This document shows, one piece after another, positions 40,319 through 47,871 of a stretch of DNA of 64,000 nucleotides. The notes beneath the pieces were generated by a model. It saw only the letters and a program-made list of their open reading frames with translations, was not told the origin of the DNA and did no database searches. Position 1 is the first letter of the stretch. Each line of letters starts with the position of its first letter. A program made the translations under genes and the position numbers. The stretch is from an uncultured Gammaproteobacteria bacterium (lineage in GTDB: Bacteria; Patescibacteriota; Patescibacteriia; Magasanikbacterales; GCA-002688135), in contig CAZUUO010000001.1 of NCBI GenBank assembly GCA_964622665.1, positions 6,666 to 70,665 of the forward strand. The letters run 5' to 3'.

Positions 40319-40746
40319 ATGCCAAAAGGAGTCAGTGTGGCAGCGAGTTCATTTGCCGTTTGTGCGGTTTTACTTTGATATTCTCGCCACTTCGTTTCAT
40401 CCCACAATTCAATGCGAGTATTAAGACCCGCGAATACGACAGTTTTACCTGAGAAAGCGAATTCCCGCAAATATAGCGGAATCATGATGCGTCCCTGTGC
40501 ATCAGGTTCTACTTCAATAGCGCCTGATAACATGTGTCGGGTAAATGCACGAGCCTGCTCATTGGAAATGGGTAATTGGGAAATCTTTTCTATAAAAATA
40601 TTCCAATCTTCTCTTGTATATAAAAAGAGCGCGCCATCTAAACCGCGGGTCAGTACGGCACTATTTCCTAATGTGTTGCGAAACGTACTCGGTACTGCAA
40701 CCCTCCCTTTTGCATCGAGTGCATGTGTAAATTCTCCAATAAACAT
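40315..40746 (-). CDS. mraZ: transcriptional regulator MraZ
   Basis: Two MraZ/SpoVT-AbrB repeats containing 'LDAKGRVAVP' and 'DAQGRIMIP'. Confidence 0.85.
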   Translation of the reverse strand: MFIGEFTHALDAKGRVAVPSTFRNTLGNSAVLTRGLDGALFLYTREDWNIFIEKISQLPISNEQARAFTRHMLSGAIEVEPDAQGRIMIPLYLREFAFSGKTVVFAGLNTRIELWDETKWREYQSKTAQTANELAATLTPFGI

Positions 40747-40854
40747 AGAGAGTGCGGGTAGTGATCACCTTTTGTGGGACTTTTCAGTTATGAATCACCT
40801 TCTTTGTGTTTCAACACGTGAGGAGGTATTGAGAACATATTCACAACTGAAAAG

Positions 40855-40884
40855 TTACCCCACAATTCCCCACTTTTCACCACT
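40855..40884 (-). promoter_or_regulatory. three direct GTGG(G/T)G repeats with 10-bp periodicity (MraZ boxes) just downstream of a TATACT -10 element
   Basis: The minus strand reads GTGGTGAAAA GTGGGGAATT GTGGGGTAAC, the canonical MraZ operator architecture. It lies about 110 nt upstream of the mraZ ATG, with TATACT at about 40893-40898. Confidence 0.55.
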
Positions 40885-40966
40885 ACAACTTTAGTATAGC
40901 CCACTTTACCCTTCTTGAGCAGGGATGTTATCCACATAAATTAAAAAAGACCCCCGTAGGGTCCCG

Positions 40967-41377
40967 TTACAGTGCAACTCGCGTCAGTTCTCTTTCCGTG
41001 ATATACACACCGGTCAAATCCACCTGACGTCCTTCAACCCAATAATTTACTAACAGTGCACCCTCCGTTAGCGGAATGATGACATTATAATGTGCGAATC
41101 CATTTATATCCCATGAGGATTCATCAAATCTCTCAACAGTTACGAGGCAGAGCGGGTCTCTTCTCAACTCCACAACTCTTGGTGACTTGATAAAAATACA
41201 CCTTCTTATATTTGTTTCGGTGGGGCTAAAAACTCCCACCGCAATCTCCCAAATTTTCTCGTCGCCACTTTTGTACACCTGAATCCTGATTTTCAAGATT
41301 GTTCCCTCTAAATCCAAAAAACCAGATTCATCGCCAGATTCATCGTCTATATCTATGTAGCTTTTCGACATGACCAT
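40967..41377 (-). CDS. hypothetical protein (136 aa)
   Basis: Intact ORF. A terminator hairpin (gacccc-gtag-gggtc) lies at about 40937-40960. Confidence 0.3.
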   Translation of the reverse strand: MVMSKSYIDIDDESGDESGFLDLEGTILKIRIQVYKSGDEKIWEIAVGVFSPTETNIRRCIFIKSPRVVELRRDPLCLVTVERFDESSWDINGFAHYNVIIPLTEGALLVNYWVEGRQVDLTGVYITERELTRVAL

Positions 41378-41433
41378 CTCCTTGCCCTATGGCAGTGAAG
41401 ATACCCAAAACCTAGACCGATACATCCATTTTG

Positions 41434-42699
41434 TCAACCACCCAATAAACTTTTTCGATGTTTTTGTTGATAAAAACTTTTGGCAAATCTATGTGATTCA
41501 TCGCGCACTGCTACAAGAATATGTTCATGCAATCGTGCTAATTGTATGAGTTGTTGTCGTTCACTCACTTTTTTTGTCGCAACCACAAACTCAATTTTTT
41601 TTCGCGTTGGTCCTTTTGCAAGACCAATAATTGGGACATCAATTCCCATTCGCTCCAATACACTTTGTGCACGATTCACTTGTGGTAATCCGCCATCCAT
41701 GAGTAACAACGTCGGCATACCCCAATCAAGATGCGTAAATCGACGACTGAGTACCTCATCCATCATCGCCACATCGTTAGCGCCTTCCACGGTTTTAATT
41801 GAAAATTTTCGGTAATGCGAGGATGCTTTTTCACCATCAATAAACACCACCATGCTTCCCACCGCATGGACGCCGCTAATATTTGAAATGTCATATCCTT
41901 CCACCCGCGCAAACAATGGATGATTTACCGTTTCATCATGATCTTGTGTAATGACTGATACATCTTGAATGTGTTCCAAGTGTTCAATTTTATTGCGCAC
42001 CTGTGCCGCCTCTTCAAAATTTTCATTTTTTGCGGCAAACGCCATTTCTTTTTTCAACTCTTTCAAAATATCAACTCGTTTTCCTTCAAAAAATTGCACA
42101 AGATGACGAATGTTCTTTTTGTATGCGGTTGGCGTGATACTGCCATCACACACTCCTGGGCACAAACCGATATGTTTATTAAAACACGCTTTCCCCACCT
42201 TTCCTTCAGCGGGTGGATTACAACTTGAGTATGGAAATAATCGTCGCATGATACGCAACGCTTCACGAATTGCCCGCGCACTCACAAACGGTCCGTACAC
42301 GCGTGCAAAACTTTTTTCTCCCACATGTTCCAATTCATTTCCTCGAACAAGCTCAATTTTGGGATATTCATCTTTGGTAATTGCCACATACAAAAATGTT
42401 TTGTTGTCTTTACCGAGCACGTTAAAATGAGGCCAATACTCTTTTATCAATTGTGCTTCAAGAATGAGTGCTTCAATGACGGTTCCCGTTTTAACGGTTT
42501 CAATATCTGTCACTACCGCAATTGCTTCTTCGATGGGACGCTTCACTTCGTTCGTATTTTTTTTAAAGTATGACGACACTCGATTTTTTAAATTCGTCGC
42601 CTTCCCCACGTACACCACGGTGTTGCGTGCATCTTTAAACAAGTACACCCCTGGTGACTGTGGCAATAATCGCAGTTGTGACTTGATATCGAGTTTCAT
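41434..42699 (-). CDS. uvrC: short UvrC homolog (GIY-YIG + Cys-rich + UVR + RNase H-like endonuclease domains; C-terminal HhH region apparently absent)
   Basis: GIY-YIG motif 'GVYLFKDARNTVVYVGKATNLKNRVSSYF', a Cys cluster ('CNPP...CFNKHIGLCPGVC'), a UVR helix pair and an endonuclease domain 'EGYDISNISG...GLAK'. At 421 aa it is about 190 aa shorter than canonical UvrC. Confidence 0.7.
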   Translation of the reverse strand: MKLDIKSQLRLLPQSPGVYLFKDARNTVVYVGKATNLKNRVSSYFKKNTNEVKRPIEEAIAVVTDIETVKTGTVIEALILEAQLIKEYWPHFNVLGKDNKTFLYVAITKDEYPKIELVRGNELEHVGEKSFARVYGPFVSARAIREALRIMRRLFPYSSCNPPAEGKVGKACFNKHIGLCPGVCDGSITPTAYKKNIRHLVQFFEGKRVDILKELKKEMAFAAKNENFEEAAQVRNKIEHLEHIQDVSVITQDHDETVNHPLFARVEGYDISNISGVHAVGSMVVFIDGEKASSHYRKFSIKTVEGANDVAMMDEVLSRRFTHLDWGMPTLLLMDGGLPQVNRAQSVLERMGIDVPIIGLAKGPTRKKIEFVVATKKVSERQQLIQLARLHEHILVAVRDESHRFAKSFYQQKHRKSLLGG

Positions 42700-42704
42700 A
42701 ATTA

Positions 42705-44000
42705 CTATTTCAATTGCATGGTGAGTACGAGTTCTACGTGAGGCGTATGTGGGAACATATCAAATGCCCGCACGTTTTTTATTGCAAATACTTCTAAAAA
42801 TTTTGGTAACTCTTCCACAAGTTTGCTCGGATTACATGATACGTACACTAATGTTTTAGGTTGTACCTCACATAACTTCTCAATTACTTTGGGGTGAAGA
42901 CCAGCACGTGGTGGATCAATAATGATAATATCATGTTCATCTTTTTTCATCGACTTGATATGATCTTCGGCTTTGAGTGCAATAAACTCTGCGTGCACGT
43001 TATTTGCAATCGCATTTTCTTTTGCTTTGACAATCGCTGCCTCTACCAACTCAACACCTTTCACTTTCACGTTCTTTTGTGCGAGCGGTAATGTTAAAAA
43101 TCCGGTGCCACAATACATATCGAGTACGTATGAATCACTACTCGTTGCTTGCATTACTTCATCAACGACATATGCCTGTAGTTTTTCTGCCGCTTTCGTG
43201 TTGGTTTGAAAAAATGAGAAGGGAGAAATAGCAAATGTAATGCCGCCCGCGATTTCATGCAATTCTTCTTTTCCGTACAACAATTCTACATCGTTTGTTT
43301 CTGAAATATCAGTGATACTTGTTTGCATGCCACGATACAGTGTTGTAACGAATGGTTGCAGACGAGTAACAAGATCATCCCACACTTTTTGTACGTCGAT
43401 ATTTTCAGGATGACTGTTGCAAATTATGGTGATCATCCGTTCGTTGGTTCGTTTTCCTTCACGAATTACCACATAGCGAATGTATCCCGTATGTTTCACG
43501 GCGTCCCAACCAGTTAGTGTATGAGCACTCATCCAATCGCGCACTGTTTGTAAAATTGTTGGCGTTTCTTCTGATAACAAAAAGCACTCCGTGAGATTCA
43601 ATACCGATTTCCACATCCCTGCTGGTTTCAACCCAATTTCTCCATTTCGCCCAACCGGATAATCCATGCGGTTGCGGTAATAAAAGGTGTCGGGGCTATG
43701 CACTACCTCGCCAATTTCTAAGGGAATGTTATTTTTTTCAAATAAACTCGTGAGAAATTTTTGTTTGGCTTGTACCTGATCTTCATAGGCAACATGCTGC
43801 ATGAAACAACCCCCACAACTTCCCGCGAAGGAACATTTGGGTGGTACTTTGGGGATATTCTCAATAATGCCACGGAGTATGTCTTTCTTTTCTCGTTTTT
43901 TCATATTACCCATTATTTTATAGTGTTTTTGATGATTTGGCAATAATAATGTCCAGTGGCGTATTGACAAAACACTGTTTTTATGATAGTATTTCTCCAT
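42705..44000 (-). CDS. 23S rRNA (uracil-C5)-methyltransferase, RlmD/RumA family
   Basis: N-terminal Fe-S/TRAM region ('CSFAGSCGGC'), class-I MTase motifs ('LDMYCGTGF', 'IIIDPPRAG') and a catalytic Cys near the C-terminus ('YVSCNP'). The true start is probably internal (MGNMKK... or later). Confidence 0.75.
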   Translation of the reverse strand: MEKYYHKNSVLSIRHWTLLLPNHQKHYKIMGNMKKREKKDILRGIIENIPKVPPKCSFAGSCGGCFMQHVAYEDQVQAKQKFLTSLFEKNNIPLEIGEVVHSPDTFYYRNRMDYPVGRNGEIGLKPAGMWKSVLNLTECFLLSEETPTILQTVRDWMSAHTLTGWDAVKHTGYIRYVVIREGKRTNERMITIICNSHPENIDVQKVWDDLVTRLQPFVTTLYRGMQTSITDISETNDVELLYGKEELHEIAGGITFAISPFSFFQTNTKAAEKLQAYVVDEVMQATSSDSYVLDMYCGTGFLTLPLAQKNVKVKGVELVEAAIVKAKENAIANNVHAEFIALKAEDHIKSMKKDEHDIIIIDPPRAGLHPKVIEKLCEVQPKTLVYVSCNPSKLVEELPKFLEVFAIKNVRAFDMFPHTPHVELVLTMQLK

Positions 44001-44034
44001 CGTTTCTCGGCGGTTTACCGCTAAAGGAGGGATC

Positions 44035-44184
44035 CATGTCGACCGACTTCAAGAAGGATGCCAACTGCCCACACTGTCTGGGACGCACATCGCACGCACT
44101 GAGTGGTCGCCCACGCTGCCGCAAGCGGATGGCGAAGGGCGGCAAGCAGAAGAACAAGGAGGTGAAGAAGCAGAAGAAGTAATC
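44035..44184 (+). CDS. GC-rich 49-aa highly basic Cys/His-containing small protein (MSTDFKKDANCPHCLGRTSHALSGRPRCRKRMAKGGKQKNKEVKKQKK)
   Basis: Strong Shine-Dalgarno AAAGGAGGG 5 nt upstream of the ATG and an intrinsic terminator immediately downstream. It sits antisense between two minus-strand genes, and all lysines use AAG. Confidence 0.45.
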
Positions 44185-44198
44185 GTCGGTGTCACAAC

Positions 44199-44227
44199 TC
44201 CGACAGCAAGGACCGCCCACGGGTGGT
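44199..44227 (+). terminator. intrinsic terminator (GGACCGCCC-ACG-GGTGGTCC followed by TTTTT)
   Basis: A 9-bp GC-rich stem with a T-run on the plus strand. It is oriented to terminate the small plus-strand gene. Confidence 0.55.
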
Positions 44228-44232
44228 CCTTT

Positions 44233-46836
44233 TTAATTTCCTAAAACTTTTTTCAAGTATAGTCCGGTATACGATCCTTTTTTCTTGGAAACTTGTAGCG
44301 GTGTTCCAGTTGCAATAATTTCACCGCCATTGTCTCCCCCTTCCGGACCCAAATCAATAACGTAATCTGCACATTTGATGACATCGAGATTATGTTCAAT
44401 CATCAACACTGAATTTCCACGATCTACCAATCGTTGTACGACATGTAATAATTTGCGTACATCCTCATAGTGTAATCCAACCGTTGGTTCATCCAACACG
44501 TACAATGTTTTACCGGTTTGTCGTTTGGATAATTCAAACGCGAGTTTAATACGTTGTGCTTCACCACCTGATAACGTCGTCGCGCTTTGTCCCAACTCTA
44601 AATATCCGAGTCCCACCTCGTTTAAAATATTCATGACGTCGGCGATCACCGGAATATCTTTAAAAAATATTCCCGCCTCTTCAATCGTCATTTTCAACAC
44701 TTCGTAAATTGATTTTCCATTAAAGTGAACAGCGAGTGTTTCGGTATCAAATCGTTTCCCATGACACACATCACATTGCACAAACACGGTCGGCAAAAAA
44801 TGCATTTCAATAGCGAGTTGTCCATTTCCTTCACAGTGATCACATCGTCCTCCACCTCGTTGTCGGGGAACGTTAAATGAAAATCTTCCTGCCTTATATC
44901 CTTTCACCCGCGCGTCAGCAGTTAATGCAAACAAATCGCGAATATGTGAAAACACGCCCGTGTAGGTTGCGGGATTTGAACGGGGTGTACGACCAATAGA
45001 TCCTTGATCCATCAAAATAATTTTATCGAGATATTCAGTTCCCAATACTTCTTCAACACCTTCAACTTTTGCGCGCGTTCGTTGGAGCTTTGCATTCACC
45101 GATGCAAAAATAATGTCATGCACGAGCGTTGACTTCCCACTTCCTGACACTCCCGTCACGCACACAAATCGTTTCAATGGCACTTCAACGGTGATATTTT
45201 TTAAATTATTTGCCCGCGCATTTTTTACTTTTAAGCGTGGCACATTTTCCACCGAACGATACGTTGGAATCTCAATTACTTTTTTCTTTTGCAAGTAATC
45301 AATGGTCAATGATTGTTCTTTATTTTTTCCTGCTAGTAATTTCTTTGTTTCCCCTGATGCAACAACATTTCCTCCATGAATTCCCGCTCCCGGCCCAATA
45401 TCAAGTAAAAAGTCGGACGCCAAAATTGTGTCTTCATCATGTTCCACCACGATAATAGAATTTCCTAAATCACGAAGTTCGAGTAATGTTTTAATTAATT
45501 TTTCGTTATCTCGTTGGTGTAATCCAATCGTTGGTTCATCCAGTACATACAGCGTACCTGTTAGTTTAGAACCAATTTGTGATGCAAGACGAATACGTTG
45601 TGCTTCTCCTCCCGACAATGTTCCTGCGGTACGTGACAATGTCACATAATGCAACCCCACATCCATCATGAACGTTAATCGATCAATAATTTCACGTAAC
45701 ACGGTTGCCGCGATCGTATACTGCGTTTCATTTAATACACCCGTTCCTTTCCCAGGAATTAAATCCATGAAAAATTGTAACGCTTGTGTGATTGATAAAC
45801 TTGTCACTCCCACAATATTTTTCTTCCCGATTGTCACTTCCAAACTTTCTTTACGCAACCGTGCCCCATGACATTCACCACATAACTCATCTGAAAATAG
45901 TTCGGCTGTTCCCAAACCCATACATGCAGCACATTGTCCGTAGGGTGAATTAAAACTAAACAAGCGCGGTTCAATTTCAGGAAACGCAAAATCATGTTCA
46001 GCACATGAAAATTTGGTTGAGTAGGTGATTTCTTTTCCATCAGGAAAAAGTATTGTTACTGTTCCCTGACTTTTACTGATCGCCATTTCAATTGCTTCCA
46101 ATAACCGAGAAGTGTCTGCTTGGCGCGCCAACAAAATTGCAGACAATTCATCAACAATTAAATCGATATTGTGTTGTGTATTACGTTCTAACACTAAACG
46201 GTTTTTAAGGGTGCGGACTTTACCATCAACACGCACCTTCATGAATCCGGCATTATATAAATCGTACAACATTTGGTGGTACTCGCCTTTACGACCCCGC
46301 ACCACACTCGCCATAATCGTCACTACTTTTCCATTTTCTGTTTCATCTTTTACATGAGATAAAATTTGGGTTGCAATTTCGTCAGGTGTCATCTTGGTGA
46401 TTTCTTTGTGACAGACAATACAATGTGGCGTTCCCACACGTGCAAACAACACCCGCAAATAATCATAAATTTCGGTAATAGTGGCAACCGTTGAACGAGG
46501 ATTACTCGAATGTGCCTTTTGGTCGATGGAAATTGCTGGTGACAATCCTGAAATTTCATCAACGTCTGGTTTGGGCATTTGACCCAAAAATTGGCGTGCA
46601 TATGCCGACAAACTTTCCACATAGCGTCTTTGACCTTCTGCAAAAATGGTATCAAACGCCAAAGATGACTTCCCACTTCCTGAAAGTCCCGTAAACACGA
46701 CTAATTTGTGACGCGGCAAGGTCACGGAGATATTTTTGAGGTTGTGCTCGCGCGCACCTTTAATAATGATAGAGTTTTCCATAGGTGTATCCAGTATACA
46801 AGTCTGTTGCCTGATTTGACAAACAACGCTACTCAC
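44233..46836 (-). CDS. uvrA: excinuclease ABC subunit A
   Basis: 867 aa with two ABC ATPase modules (Walker A 'GLSGSGKSS' and 'GVSGSGKST'), zinc-finger Cys clusters ('CIVCHKE', 'CDHCEGNG', 'CDVCHGKRF') and signature motifs 'LSGGEAQRI'. Confidence 0.95.
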   Translation of the reverse strand: MSSVVCQIRQQTCILDTPMENSIIIKGAREHNLKNISVTLPRHKLVVFTGLSGSGKSSLAFDTIFAEGQRRYVESLSAYARQFLGQMPKPDVDEISGLSPAISIDQKAHSSNPRSTVATITEIYDYLRVLFARVGTPHCIVCHKEITKMTPDEIATQILSHVKDETENGKVVTIMASVVRGRKGEYHQMLYDLYNAGFMKVRVDGKVRTLKNRLVLERNTQHNIDLIVDELSAILLARQADTSRLLEAIEMAISKSQGTVTILFPDGKEITYSTKFSCAEHDFAFPEIEPRLFSFNSPYGQCAACMGLGTAELFSDELCGECHGARLRKESLEVTIGKKNIVGVTSLSITQALQFFMDLIPGKGTGVLNETQYTIAATVLREIIDRLTFMMDVGLHYVTLSRTAGTLSGGEAQRIRLASQIGSKLTGTLYVLDEPTIGLHQRDNEKLIKTLLELRDLGNSIIVVEHDEDTILASDFLLDIGPGAGIHGGNVVASGETKKLLAGKNKEQSLTIDYLQKKKVIEIPTYRSVENVPRLKVKNARANNLKNITVEVPLKRFVCVTGVSGSGKSTLVHDIIFASVNAKLQRTRAKVEGVEEVLGTEYLDKIILMDQGSIGRTPRSNPATYTGVFSHIRDLFALTADARVKGYKAGRFSFNVPRQRGGGRCDHCEGNGQLAIEMHFLPTVFVQCDVCHGKRFDTETLAVHFNGKSIYEVLKMTIEEAGIFFKDIPVIADVMNILNEVGLGYLELGQSATTLSGGEAQRIKLAFELSKRQTGKTLYVLDEPTVGLHYEDVRKLLHVVQRLVDRGNSVLMIEHNLDVIKCADYVIDLGPEGGDNGGEIIATGTPLQVSKKKGSYTGLYLKKVLGN

Positions 46837-46875
46837 GGCAACCTACAGGTAGTTCTTTCTCAGTAGGAGGAAGCC

Positions 46876-47313
46876 ATGAATCCTGACATTGGACAAATAC
46901 TTGCAGCGGCTAGTGATGCACTACGTTCACAATTCAAACCTGAATTTATTGCGCGTGTTGATATTATCCTTCACAATCAACGTCTTGCTGAAGTCAATAA
47001 AGCCGTTGCTGATTTCTTTATAGCTAATCTGGCGGATACTCATCACACACTCATTACTGAATTTCGTCGTTGGGTGAACCACACTATGCGGTTGGTGTAT
47101 CGTAGCCATCTCAAGAGTAGCATCCCTACGGTTCAATTATTTCGTAAAAACTACTTGGGTAGTGCTCTGGGTGATGTGTTTCTATGCTGTGCTGAAGTGG
47201 CGCGTGTCGTGTTTTATGCCTACAACATCGAGGTTGAAAAAATCGATCAACAGGGATTTGTTGAAGTAACGATCAACAAAGAACTTGGCAACACTATTTT
47301 CTTGTTTGCCTAA
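46876..47313 (+). CDS. hypothetical 145-aa protein (tandem paralog A; possibly an all-alpha MazG-like NTP-pyrophosphatase fold)
   Basis: Divergently transcribed from uvrA. The C-terminal segment 'ALGDVFLCCAEVARVV' loosely resembles the MazG 'EIGDVLFxLVxLA' helix. The domain call is weak. Confidence 0.35.
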   Translation: MNPDIGQILAAASDALRSQFKPEFIARVDIILHNQRLAEVNKAVADFFIANLADTHHTLITEFRRWVNHTMRLVYRSHLKSSIPTVQLFRKNYLGSALGDVFLCCAEVARVVFYAYNIEVEKIDQQGFVEVTINKELGNTIFLFA

Positions 47314-47406
47314 TCCAATAACCCCGCCATGTGCGTGGTTTTTTATTTATTGACTTTACCCGCTAAAGCGAATAGGATTTTTATTGTCCCGTACTAAGGA
47401 GGGTGT

Positions 47407-47844
47407 ATGTTGACAATTTTGCACTCTGTCTCGGAATTAATTGAATCTTATCTGCGTCATTTGCAGCAACTTTTTTTTCAAAATAAAAATGTTGATTTTT
47501 CAAATGAACACTGCAGCAAAATTGCCGCAGAATATACTCCCCACTTTGAAGGAATAAGTGCGGCTGAATTAGCACGTATCGGGAGAGAACACTGTAGTTT
47601 TGTTACCAAAAAACTGCGCGAGGTTCTTGAGAATCGTCACCTTATGAATCGTAGTACTGCTATGGTTCAACTCTATTCACGGACCGATCCTCCAGAAACA
47701 ATGCAAGAAGTATTTGCAAACCTTTTTGCTGACATTGTGATCTTGCTAGGAAGTATCAATCATTGTGTTGTGGTAAAGAAAAAAGAGCGCACTGAACTTA
47801 CCGTCACGGCAAGCAGAGAATTTGTAAACGCGCTGCATTTGTAA
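47407..47844 (+). CDS. hypothetical 145-aa protein (tandem paralog B of the preceding gene)
   Basis: Same length as paralog A with alignable blocks ('TVQLF' vs 'MVQLY', 'DVFLCCAEVARVVF' vs 'EVFANLFADIVILL'). Strong Shine-Dalgarno AAGGAGGG precedes it. Confidence 0.35.
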   Translation: MLTILHSVSELIESYLRHLQQLFFQNKNVDFSNEHCSKIAAEYTPHFEGISAAELARIGREHCSFVTKKLREVLENRHLMNRSTAMVQLYSRTDPPETMQEVFANLFADIVILLGSINHCVVVKKKERTELTVTASREFVNALHL

Positions 47845-47871
47845 GACTACATAAACACCCACGGGTGTTTT

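Noticed and set aside
43981-44220. 79-aa minus-strand ORF antisense to the GC-rich small gene
   Set aside because: It is a low-complexity F/C/R-rich translation produced by reading the Lys/Arg-rich plus-strand gene in antisense. It has no Shine-Dalgarno sequence, and the terminator orientation supports the plus-strand gene.
44525-46694. Multiple 60-95-aa ORFs on both strands within uvrA
   Set aside because: They are shadow ORFs inside a continuous 867-aa UvrA with both ABC modules intact.
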